64,000 nucleotides of DNA from Octopus sinensis (taxonomy: Eukaryota), in NCBI RefSeq assembly GCF_006345805.1, contig NC_042999.1:29574001-29638000 (forward strand), read 5' to 3'. Below are positions 13,532 through 25,162 of this stretch, piece by piece. The notes under the pieces are model-generated. The model ran no database searches. It had not been told where the DNA came from and worked only from the letters and a program-made list of their open reading frames with translations. A program made the translations under genes and the position numbers. Numbering within the stretch: position 1 is the stretch's first letter; each line of letters opens with the position of its first letter.

Positions 13532-13569
13532 TATTATTATTATTATTATTGTTATTATTATTATTATTA

Positions 13570-13614
<45 letters not shown>

Positions 13615-13773
13615 TATTATTATTATTATTATTTTATTATTATTATTATTGTTATTATTATTATTATATTATTATTATTGTTGTTGTTATTATTATTATA
13701 TTATATTATTATATTATTGTTATTATTATTATTATTATTATTATTGTTGTTATTATTATTATTATTATTATTG

Positions 13774-13811
<38 letters not shown>

Positions 13812-14060
13812 AATAATAATAGTAATAATAATAATAACAACAACAACAATAATAATAATAATAATAATAATAACGACTGCAACAACGAGGAGAATAAGAC
13901 GAAGAAGACAAAGGCGAAGAAGAAGAAGAAGGAGGAGGAAGAGGAGGGGGGGAGGAGAAGAAGAAGAAGAAGAAGAAGAAGAGAAGAAGAAGAGAAGAAG
14001 AAGAAAAATAAGAAGACAATGATGATGATGATTACGATGTTGATGATGAATAAAAATAAT
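13312..14060. repeat. Long compound microsatellite (TTA)n-(TAA)n-(GAA)n-(TGA)n
   Basis: Direct reading. Confidence 0.98.
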
Positions 14061-14064
14061 TAAA

Positions 14065-14190
14065 TTACTAGGAACGAGAACCTAGGTGCGAAATTCCCCT
14101 GGACACCTGATGAAGTGTGAAGAGATATCAGTCGAAACGTGTCAACAACAAAGATGTGGGCAAATACGCGTTAAGTATAAATAATTTAGA
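14065..14190 (+). mobile_element. PLE-type terminal repeat relic with degenerate hammerhead-like motif (family A)
   Basis: GACAC-CTGATGA-A-GTGTG..CAGTC-GAAAC-GTGTC at 14102-14143; homologous to 590-740. Confidence 0.6.
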
Positions 14191-14217
14191 TTTTGTACAT
14201 ATATATATTATATATAT

Positions 14218-14265
<48 letters not shown>

Positions 14266-14414
14266 AAGTAGTTAATGAATTATCCTAGTGTGGATAATTC
14301 GGTTAACCGATACCCGGGTAGCAAATTCACGTCAGAAAAACACGGTTGAAGCTACATGCCAACGGCAGAGCTCACGTGCTTTCGTGTGGAAATTTGTGTG
14401 TGTTTTTTTTTTTT

Positions 14415-14535
14415 TATACAAATAAATGAAAGAATGGAGTTGAACGCCGATTTAACAGTCTTCGAAACATATGTCGAGAATAAAGGAATTTTGTTAAATC
14501 GTCGTTCAACTCCATTGTTTCATTTATTTGTATAT
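14415..14535. repeat. Fold-back repeat (about 43-bp arms, 34-nt spacer) derived from a PLE pLTR
   Basis: Arms 14415-14457 and 14492-14535 differ at about 2 positions. Spacer contains GAAAC-ATAT-GTC; downstream sequence resembles the pLTR at 15346-15411. Confidence 0.8.
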
Positions 14536-15385
14536 ATATATATATATATATATATACATAAGCGATATATACAGGAAGAGAGAAATATAACTTTTAGAAG
14601 GATGATTAGATATATGAAGAATTTCAATATTTTTGGAGCTGTAAAATATTATCTTGTGAGTTTGGTTTCTTATCAGTAAAAATTGGTATATGAAATTTAG
14701 AAAGCTATTATATTTTGTAGGAGAAATGTACGATTACTTTCATATATTATTGTTCGGAAGTATTCACGATTGTTTAAAAGATCAGGTGAGAGAATTAATA
14801 TTTGTATGCGAGTATAGGTCGCACACAGGTCGTGTTCTGTGGCTTGCATTCAAAGGTTACGTGAAGACATATCTTACATATCGCAAAATATTATTTTCAA
14901 ACGCCGGCTTGTCGGTAAATGAGCACTATGAGTGATGTTTGAATTGGTTAAAGGCAAAATTATGTAACCATGTCTTATTATATATAATGTTATGCGTGTG
15001 TGTTTATGAGTATGCAGGCGTGTATGTGGGGCTGGTTGTGTTATATATATGCTTACAATCTGAAAGCTAGGTAGTCCCTTGAGGCCATTATTATAGCTTC
15101 TTCAAAACATATATTATTTGTATCAGTAGTTGAAAATATTCTTGCTATATCTAGTTAGGGCCAAAAGAAGCAAATGTCAGTCGGGCTTCATTCTCTATTT
15201 GCTTATATTCAAATAGCGATTGCATCATTTTGATTGACATTTGGAGAGATTCCTTCTTTTTTCTAAAAGATATATATACATACATACTTGCACACACACA
15301 CACACATACACACATATATATATATTATATATATATATACATATTAATAAAAAATGGAGTTAATGCAGGTTAAACAAGTATGTTT

Positions 15386-15472
15386 ACTTTCTACATATGT
15401 TTCAAAAATTCCACTGATACTTATTCAAAAGAATAAAAGGTATAAACAATGCAATCTACTCTTCGGGAAAGT
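15386..15472 (-). ncRNA. Hammerhead ribozyme motif in the PLE 3' pLTR (CCGAAGA core variant)
   Basis: Stem I ACTTTC/GAAAGT (6 bp), CCGAAGA, long imperfect stem II, GAAAC-ATAT-GTA with palindromic ACATATGT. Confidence 0.72.
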
Positions 15473-15673
15473 GAAAAAACGAAACTTGTCAATACGACAT
15501 TTTAGCAAAAAATGATGGATTTGTATAGCGATAGACAGAACGCTATTAATATTGTTTAAAAAAAACGTTATATGATATAACGTCATAAGTAGCTAACAGA
15601 AAGAGTAGGGATATTAATAGTGAATGTTAAATATAAAGGAAATTAAAGTCTAAACTATAAATAATGATAGAGA

Positions 15674-16465
15674 CTACTTATATGCACTAAAAGTATGTTT
15701 CTGCCAATGCTTACATCTGTATGCTCGTTCTATAACCGTGTTTACTAGAGTATTTTTAGAAAAAATAATGAAAAATAACTCAGAATTGCAGAGAAGACAG
15801 GATTTCTTGCCTTTGTCATATGGTATCGAAATTGAGAGGATCAACCATTCTAAATGAAATTGTTCATTGTGGTCTTTTAAATCCCAAATCAGTTTGCTGA
15901 GACCGGTACTATTCCGTTTATTTATATCCCTAAATGTTGAGTAATGGATAGAAATTCTCTTAGATAACTCTAACGATGTGCTTCCAATGTAAAATCGTAC
16001 TTTATTACGATTACTGATTATACACTGGTATATAGAATTTTTAATCTTAGAGTTACTTGACATGAATTTAATTGTATTGGGATTGACTTCAGATACAATA
16101 ACCTTGTTATTAATATTTCTAGAGGGTTGGATGGTAGTAGCTAAATTAACGTTAGTATTAGTAAATGTATTAATATTTAACGGTTTGTTATTATGAGAAG
16201 ATATAATTTGCAAGAGATTTTTTGTGTTTGAAAAACCTATCCTAACCTTATGTGAATTAATTATAGAGTAATATCTAGAATTATTTGGAAAATTCCTAGC
16301 AATAGCTTGACGAAACAGCAGTGGGAGATTAGATTTAATTTGTCGCCCGTAAGGAATTATTAGCCAAATATTTTTACTAGCATTCATAGCGTAATTACTT
16401 TTGAAGGTGTTATATTTACTTTTAGGTCGGTAATAGGGGAATAAATAAGGGTTATCTGCCTTCAT
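15674..16465 (-). CDS. PLE thumb/linker and GIY-YIG endonuclease region (frame open upstream to about 16600)
   Basis: IWLIIPYG..NFP..HN linker; SIYQC-x9-YIGST..KR..H; C-terminal CLLC..E....N..E...CKH. Confidence 0.88.
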   Translation of the reverse strand: MKADNPYLFPYYRPKSKYNTFKSNYAMNASKNIWLIIPYGRQIKSNLPLLFRQAIARNFPNNSRYYSIINSHKVRIGFSNTKNLLQIISSHNNKPLNINTFTNTNVNLATTIQPSRNINNKVIVSEVNPNTIKFMSSNSKIKNSIYQCIISNRNKVRFYIGSTSLELSKRISIHYSTFRDINKRNSTGLSKLIWDLKDHNEQFHLEWLILSISIPYDKGKKSCLLCNSELFFIIFSKNTLVNTVIERAYRCKHWQKHTFSAYK

Positions 16466-16530
16466 TCGCTTTGTATCGGTGCGTAAGTTATGTTTGTTAT
16501 CAATAATTCTTTTACGACTAGAAATCTTAT

Positions 16531-17889
16531 CTACATTATTGAATTTACAATTAGACTGAGCATAATCAATGTAGAAAATTGTTTCTGTATAACCTGCTTT
16601 GATAAGGCAGAGTTATAGAATTCAGCGTTATTATTGAAAATATCAACATTAGCAGATAATTTAGATAATCTAAATGAAATATTCTTAACTAAATTCTTAG
16701 TAATTGCTCCAGGATGATTACTAAATTTGCTAATGTACTTAAGATTGGTCAACGGTTTATGATATGGGAAGTAAGAGTCACTGTGTAAATTAAGCGTAAT
16801 ATCTAAAAAGTTGGCCTTCGTCAGATCGTCATCAAAAACGATTTTTAAGCCCATTCTACTGAAAAAATTAACTAAACTGTTCTTAACTTTTTGTACCTTT
16901 TGGTTGGAAACATTTTGGAGGTAAAGTAAACAATCATCACGATATAGACCTCCATAAATGTTAGGGAACTCTTCAGCCATTTCAAAAAGAATATATATAC
17001 AGACCAAATCAGCTATCTGTGCTGAATCAGAACTTCCCATAGGTATATCGAAACTATCTGGTGTGTCTTTACGGACCCACAACTTATCATCAAATTTAAT
17101 AATAGATCTTCTGGCTGCCAACACAACATTAATTTCTTCTCGGGTGAGACCAGCTTTGTTATGAGCAAGCCAAAGTGCCTTATTAAGTACTATTGGATTA
17201 ATAGACGAATAAAAATTGGAAATATCAAACTGGATAAACTTCGTACTCACCTTACTGTTAATAGACCTAAACCAGTCAACTACGTCAAATGAATTAGTCC
17301 ATAAACTAAGTTTTAATGTTTTGATTAGATTAGGAATATATTTATCTAGTATATTTTTACTAAGGATACCGATGTCAGAGCTAGAAGGGCAGATAAGCCT
17401 TAATGATGGGTTAGTAAGAAAATGTGGTTTGTGATCCTTCAAAATGAACCTAGGTTGCTTAGGAACAAGTGGTTCTGTCTTCATTTGTAGGTTATATTTC
17501 TCCATGATTATCATAGCCTCGATGTTGGCTTTCTTAAGTATTCTTTTATCAGCAATCTTATACTTTTTCTGAATTTCTTTTTCAAGTAATTCCAAATAAT
17601 AATCGTTATAAAGTTTGTACAGATTTCCAGTCTTATCAGATTGAACCAACATAGTATCCATAGAATTGATTTCTTTGGTGATGTTGCGAAGATACCTCAG
17701 ATGTTTATTTCTTAGTGGTGACCGTTGAAATTTTACATTTCTCACAATGGACCAGAGATCATCTTCAAATTGCTTCAACCTTGGGTTAGGCGGCGGACTA
17801 ATTTTAGATTTAAATAACTTGTTAAACTTTTGAATTTTTGAAACATATGTAGAAAGTAAAAATACGTGTTTAACCTGCGTTAACTCCAT
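16531..17889 (-). CDS. PLE reverse transcriptase (joined to the EN frame by a single frameshift near 16600)
   Basis: SDKTGNLY, LKDHKP, RLICP, FDISNFYSSI, IPMGS, GLYRDD. After the shift the frame reads KAGYTETIFY..RMKADNP without stops. Confidence 0.92.
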   Translation of the reverse strand: MELTQVKHVFLLSTYVSKIQKFNKLFKSKISPPPNPRLKQFEDDLWSIVRNVKFQRSPLRNKHLRYLRNITKEINSMDTMLVQSDKTGNLYKLYNDYYLELLEKEIQKKYKIADKRILKKANIEAMIIMEKYNLQMKTEPLVPKQPRFILKDHKPHFLTNPSLRLICPSSSDIGILSKNILDKYIPNLIKTLKLSLWTNSFDVVDWFRSINSKVSTKFIQFDISNFYSSINPIVLNKALWLAHNKAGLTREEINVVLAARRSIIKFDDKLWVRKDTPDSFDIPMGSSDSAQIADLVCIYILFEMAEEFPNIYGGLYRDDCLLYLQNVSNQKVQKVKNSLVNFFSRMGLKIVFDDDLTKANFLDITLNLHSDSYFPYHKPLTNLKYISKFSNHPGAITKNLVKNISFRLSKLSANVDIFNNNAEFYNSALSKQVIQKQFSTLIMLSLIVNSIM

Positions 17890-18044
17890 TTTTTATTCAT
17901 AGTATTCAAATATTCAACGTAAACAGGAAGTTTCAACCTTTATAAACAAGGAGTTACAACATCTTTACTTGTGAGATTTTTGCTGCCCTGGTAACTATTC
18001 ATTCATTTATCCGTGTTAATTGTTAACAAGGTAAAATACACTTA

Positions 18045-18288
<244 letters not shown>

Positions 18289-18378
18289 ATAATCTCCGGA
18301 TATATATTTAATCTTCGTATTCTTTTTTAATATGCTAGAGCACTGGTTTTAATTGATAAATATTGATTTCTACCCTTA

Positions 18379-18411
<33 letters not shown>

Positions 18412-19321
18412 CAAATATATAAATACATACACAAGCACACACATAAACACAATCACACACACAAACACACTCAAGCATATGCACACGCACACGCACATAA
18501 ATATTTCTACATTCAGAAATATACGACGTTGGAATAAAACCTAGTATTTGCCAGAGATATTTACATAGTACTGATCCCATACGAGCAAATAGAGAAGTGC
18601 AAGAAAATTGAAAAAAAAAATGAACTGAAATTAGACACTGCTAACAAAACAGCAGGAAGAAGCTACCATATCAAGTATTATTTCTATTACAAACGCTGAC
18701 CTTTACATCATCCTTTTCAAGTTGTGGTGATAAAGAATTCCTATCACATGAAGATGAGACGTTCCGCCGTATGAGTATTCCCTACCTCATTTCAAGGAGT
18801 TACAGAGCCTTTCACAGGTATGTGTATATTTAACAGAAATCCCAACCTAATTTAGCAGCACCAAGTGTGTATGAAATTGTGCTTTTTCTTACTATACTGA
18901 AAGCATATATTGTGTAAAAAGTATGCTTCCATGATGGAAACATATATTTAAGTATACGGAAATATGTAATTAATGAAATTTCAAGAAGAAATTAGACAGT
19001 CAATCGCCTCCAGCAGGCGATTTCTCTTTCGCTTAATGGACTTGCCTTCGATCGATACAATATGCAACAATAAAAACATCAAAGATTGCGTAGAGAAAAT
19101 ATTCAGTTAAAAATTCAACATGTTTAAAATCAAATCCCATACTGACTTAATTCAATATAATTAAGCATTTTTATATTGTAACAAAATTGTACGTGGTATA
19201 ATTACATATATTTAATAAGTTCTGCAGGTAGAACTGCATGCTTTTGCAGCAAGCAGAAAGGAATCCTATCAAATTAGAGTCATGATACACACAGAGATAC
19301 ACACAGAGGCACGTGCGCATA

Positions 19322-19400
19322 CATGTATGTATGTATGTGTGTATGTATGTATGTATGTATGTATGTATGTATGTATGTATGTATGTATGTATGTATATAT
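19322..19400. repeat. (TATG)n microsatellite
   Basis: Direct reading. Confidence 0.95.
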
Positions 19401-20355
19401 GTACGTAAGCTTGTTTCTACAAGTCGTATGTGTGCGTGAATTTTTTTCCTACACTTGAGATGAGCATAATCTGTCATCGTTTTAAGGTACTTATATATAT
19501 TAATATTATCATGCAGCATATAATCCCCGTTTTAGAACTGACTGAGATAATACCTTTTCCGAAATGCATAGCTTATACCTTGTGATTGAATATTTGGCAA
19601 TAGATGAATTGAGAGACATGAGATTTATTTCCTGTCGATGATATTTAATTTGCCTTCTCCTGGTTACAAATGGAGATAAACTTATAATTATCGAATGCAG
19701 AGTATATTTGATTCATCGTTGTTTCCTACTAGGAATAGATATTAGCAATAGTTGAAAGCGACTGATGATGTTTGGAAATCTGCAATATAGCTGGCGAAAT
19801 GTAGGTATTAAAGAGCGGTGTCCTGTCTTTCATTGTGTTGTGTCTGTGTTTGACAATAACCGGTTACTTTTGAGTGTTTAGTCATGTTATATACATTTAA
19901 ATAAACATCACACGTAGTTGATATATCTTTCGTCCTATAAATGAGTAAAATGTTTCAATAAGAATTTTATGGACAGCAAAACTGAGGTTGCATTGTATTC
20001 GTGAGACTAATAGCGATTTAAAGATTAGTGGCGTCTTAATCCACTTTGATGTGTTTGAAATTATTATTTGCATTTCAACATGAGCCTTGCATTATAAATA
20101 ATTTTATTTTCTGGATGTAATTAACTGATTTGCGTGTAGCAGATTACTAATACTATGTTTGCAAACATATTCACAATCGTCCATATTTGAAGAAATCGTT
20201 ATACCAAATATCTATGATTAATTGTTCCGTAATAATTTAGTCGATGAGGGAAAATGCATTTTGAACTGTTTTTAAGGGTAGTGTGCCTGGTGGAAAGAAA
20301 GATATTCATCCCCAAATCTGAGTCGATAATGGCAGAGTTTCTATCAGAGCGATTA

Positions 20356-20554
20356 CGAGGACTGCTGAAAAGTTCTTGGCTTTAAATGTCTCACGAAAGT
20401 GTTAATCAGAGTACAACATACCGAATTCCTTTACATGGCTTAGTAAACCTGAAGGACCGTTGCAATAAGCGTGGGAACCTGAGAGGAGAATACGTTAGAT
20501 AAAATCATGATTTATTACCAATTACCGAAAGCGAGGAATTTTTCGCACCCCTTG
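20356..20554 (+). mobile_element. Mariner-derived MITE (about 200 bp)
   Basis: Decayed TIRs CGAGGACTGCTGAAAAGTTCTTGGCTTT / CAAGGGGTGCGAAAAATTCCTCGCTTT, TA at both ends, internal remnant resembling the transposase C-terminus (..RGEYV). Confidence 0.7.
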
Positions 20555-23500
20555 TACAAGCGCACATTGGTCTTATTTCAAGAAGTCATAGATCAAAGCT
20601 ACCAATCTAGAACAGTACCAGAATCCGAGAAATATTTCCACAAATATAAAACTAACTTCCTTTATTTTCAATGCTTTTGTGTAATCCTGTATCTTTTAGA
20701 ATAAATATCCACAAACATTTCAACAAAATGCTCAAAAACGAAACCGTGGTTAGGCATACTTAAATTCTTAATCATTGTTTTATCTAGCTTTATAAACATG
20801 CTATGATGCCACGCTCTTATTTTTGTAGTATGTATTTAGTTGAAATATGCCATGAAAGCGAAATGGAGTCATTGAAGAGATAGTGTGCTACAAAATTACA
20901 AATTTTAGATCTCATTTTAAAATAAGACATCATATTATTTGTTATTCTGTTCTAAACTATTAGGAAGAGGAATTTGTACGTATATTCTGAAGCAATCCAT
21001 GTGTGTGTGTATGTGTGTGTGCATGCGAGCGTTTGCATGTGTGCAGTTGTGTGTGTGTGTGTGTACATAATGCATATTGAAGCGCAATTTAGCGATATTT
21101 ATACCTCCTCTGATTGTGATGCATCGTTGCGCATACAGATTCATTTTGTAGTTGAGAAAAAAGTTAGTTACATGCAGGACGAAAAGCTGTCTGAATAACA
21201 GAAAGAGTTGCCTCTATCATGATGTTTTGCGTCGAGTAACAGACTGTCATCGTTAAAACTGATGCTTAATGCGTTTTGAAAACTGTGTAAGCGTGTAAGA
21301 CACGACACAGACAAGTGTATCAAAGTATACGGAATCATGGCCAGCAAGAAGAGACACGCTATTCTTACTCCATCGCACGCCTGGGTTCATCCCTACATTG
21401 GGGAATATGAACTTAGGCTCATTTCAGAGAGCTCCGTGAATCAGTTGGAGATTGTAGTCTATCCTCAGCTGCATAAGGATGCTGCTGAAATGCCAAATGT
21501 AGGGCAGTCTGATTCGGCCCCTCTCCCTAGGTTCAGAAAGTTTCAAAAGGTCTTGAAAGTTTTGTATTACTCCGTCTTCACAACCGCCATTTTCTGGCCT
21601 GTTTATTCTGATTATAATTTCCTGGAGAAGTATGTGAGGTGCGACACTAAATGGTATTGGTATCAATTAATCTGCCTGCCATGCTAATGGTTAGCTGATG
21701 GCCAATACCAAGACGTTTTTCGAAGTGTTTCCAGGGAGAGAATGATGAACGTATGCGTCAATTCTGGAGCCTTCAACAGTGGCAGAAGCTAAGAAGAGCT
21801 ATATTAAAAAATGCTATATCACAGCCATAACAGAGTTGATATTATCTGACCTTTTTCAAAACATTTCAAATTTTTCATAGATAACTTGTTTTATTTTCCT
21901 TTTATATAACCTGTCGTATTCGACCGAACAACCAGTATACGTTCTACTTTCGGTACATATTCGAATTGTTGCTAAATGTACTTCTGATTTGAATTATATG
22001 GAATCTACATTTTTTCGTTTTAACTATTTTAAAGATAATCTTTTTACATAGTTATTTAAATCCTGTCGCACTCAATACATAATCGATATTTGATTGGGAT
22101 TTCCTTTCTTGAAACACATATCTTGAACTTTCAATATATATTTTTCTTTTTATTTAGTCAAAAGATTCTACTTTAATGTATCATTTGACATCCTAACTAT
22201 AACCATAAATTTACCTGGAAGCCTCACGTGTTTAAAGCAAATGATTATCTAAAGTAGTTTCGACCATAAAACGTACGTTTGAAAAGTGACTAAAACTGGA
22301 TTATCACTGAAAATTATGAACTAGATAACATTGAATTAAAGTTAAACAGCGAAAATAGTTCCTGTGTCCGAAATATTCAGTACCCGAAATGTTTGTTACA
22401 CACAATATTGTTAAAGGTATTTCCCCTACTTTTATCCGTAATGCTGGTCTCTGTTGTTAAATAAATGTCTCCCTTAAAATTTAATTTACGATATAATTTG
22501 AACTAAATTGCATTTTCTGTCTTTATTTAATTGCAATACTATATTTTCAGTTGTCTTAGTATTTCTTAATTATTATTTGCTCAACCAGACTATAGCAGCT
22601 ATTAAATATTTGGATATATTACTTTAAAAAACTATAATTAATATCGATGTCATCATTACATTCGTTTCAGAGGTTCAATATTTTAAAATGATTGTTGGAT
22701 TTTAAGCCGTTATTTACATCACAATGAGTTATGGATCAGTGAGGTATATGTTCCTCCTCGTACGTCGTAATGCAAAGAATCAATATATATTTCAAAGTTC
22801 TGAATTATAACAATAAATATATGTTAGATTACGTAGATACGTTGATATTGTAGATAAGTCAAAAGAGACAACATGGTGATTTCTCAATCACAGGTGGCTC
22901 TTGAGACTATATCTCAGAAAACACATAATCACCATACAATCATAACGGTTTTTGAAGGCTATTATGCCGGTATTTTGAAATTCATCCACGTTTCTTTTTT
23001 AAAATTGAACCTATATTCCTGATCCTCTTTAGTTAAAATAACATTTCAATTTTGGAAACAGGTCACGGGTATAGCATAAAAATAGAGTTGCAGCCTGCAT
23101 AGTATATTAGAAATAACTAATTCTATAGACTTGAAAGTGAAAATTAGAAACTTATCGCAAATTAAACATATTACTTACTTCCATCCCCTAACAGCTACTA
23201 CACATTCTTTGTCCAATTCTTTTAGTTTTAGTATATCTATATTAGTATATATGTATTGATATTTATTTACGTTTTCAGTCATTATGTGTATAAATAAAAG
23301 CAAACTCTATTATTTTTACGCCTAAAATACTTTACATACTTGCTTATAATATCATGCTTTGATGTTGTTATTTAAAAACAAACAAAAAGACCGAAAAAAC
23401 AAACCACGACTTTTAATGCAATTTTGGCTTAGATAAGTTCATATCTATAGTAAATGTATTTTTCCAGATATTGCAAAGCTTGTACGATAAGAATTTATAT

Positions 23501-24860
23501 AAGTTTATGTTAGCAGCGAGATAGCGATTTGCAATTTAGTGTAAGCAATCAATTCTTCAAAATTCTTTGATCGTATATTTTCTTTGAAATAAATCATAAA
23601 TAAGAAGCTATTGTTATTATCATTAAATAAATCCGATACATTGAGAGTAAACTACGTATTCATCAGTAGTTTTCTGCACTTTTTATATGTTTACACTTAC
23701 CTTGTATATGTTTGAATAGTCCTAAGTAAAATATGTTTGGTAAGGTGGCGAGATAACATTATATAAAGCGAGGTCAGTATTTTTTAGATCAAGATTTTTC
23801 AACGAGCTACACTTTCGAAAAACTTTCATTACATTCCATGCTTCATAAAATAATGTATTATATATCTTCACTAGTGCTTGACATGTTCTTTATGCCAGGC
23901 AGAAGTAATGCCCTGTTTCGTTGAAATATAGATATACATAAAAAAAAATCCATCAAGCAAAAGAAGGTAAACAAAATTGAAACAGAACACACATTAAGTT
24001 GTTTAAAATACATCGTTTTAAAATACCCAATTTTAAAGATCGTATTGATATCTGTTGTTTTACTTGAAAGTAGTTGATTTATTTGGTAAAGCAGTGGAGG
24101 AATATAAAGAGAACTGTAAGAAATTAATAATTCAACTATTTCTCTGAAATTATCGAATAGAAGAAATTAAAGTGAGCAGTGCTTGTGAAGTTAAGTTATA
24201 CCTCTGTAGGGTGGGAGCCAGAGGAAAAACACTGACAGCTGGATAGAAGTAAATGTACACGCTCATAAAAGTGTGTACACACGTATAAATGTACACACGT
24301 ATAAAGAGCTAGCTGGGTAGCTTGCTAGCTAGATAGATAGAGAGATAAACAGATGGATAGACAAATGGGCAGACAGAGAGAAGGATTGGTTTGTGGGTAG
24401 ATAGAAAGTTTACAGGATGTGGTTTATCGAAACATCGCCAGGAAAAGAATGCATTTCTATTCCTTCCACCTTACATTTAACCCTCTCTCTATTTATCTAT
24501 CTATCTATCGCTCTGACTCTCTCTTTATCTCTTTTGGCCTCTCCTTATGTAATAGCGCAAAAGTATACATGTATACATAGATAAATTCTTAAGGAAATAG
24601 CAATAGGACTATCTGTCTCTCTCACAGTTATCTTGAATGTACTTATGAAATATTAGAAATTATTAGGAAAATAGTCATAATGCTAACAATTTTGAAAAAT
24701 AGAAATTTCTCATTTTCATCATTTGTATTTTAATAGTTAGCTAAACATTTTTGATGACCTTGCTGAGAAATGTGTTTTTATATACATACCTATGCACATT
24801 CATTCAGGCAGGAATACGGATAATTTGGTGCCGCATTCGTGTATATGTGCTTCTGTGTGT

Positions 24861-25162
24861 GAAAGCACGTGGCACTGTGTTTAAGGTATTCGCCTCACGA
24901 GCTCTATCTACAAGTTGTGACCTTCAGGAAGGCATTTTATTTAACCTTGCTCCAGTCCACTCAGCTGGCCCAAATGTGTATTCCCTGTATTTCAAACGGC
25001 CAGCCATGTCACATTATATTCCACGCTGAATCTTCCTGAGAACTATGTCATGGATGCGCTTGTTTGTGGAGTCCTAAGTCCCCGGGCACGTTAATTTCAA
25101 GAGTAGGCTCCTCATTGGATAGGATCAACTGGAACCCTAGTCTTCATAACCGACATTGTGCC
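24861..25162 (+). mobile_element. tRNA-derived SINE with Ceph-like central domain and RTE-like tail
   Basis: TTGCTCCAGTCCACTCAGCTGGC, CACGTTAATTTCAAGAG, CTGGAACCCT..TAACCGAC; homologous to 45735 and to the 3' half of 36300. Confidence 0.8.

Larger units (their letters stand above)
15346..18040 (-). mobile_element. Penelope-like retroelement (RT + C-terminal GIY-YIG; Naiad-like), 5'-truncated with inverted pLTR, flanked by (TA)n
   Basis: RT and GIY-YIG ORFs, 3' pLTR with HHR, inverted 66-nt pLTR copy at 17832-17897, (TA)n on both sides. Confidence 0.92.

Noticed and set aside
15674-17889. Selenoprotein-encoding PLE
   Set aside because: No in-frame TGA; the break between ORFs is a frameshift, so a SECIS was not pursued.
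18640-18820. Open frame ending at a CAG/GTATGT donor-like site
   Set aside because: No polypyrimidine acceptor or in-frame ATG, and no recognisable peptide.
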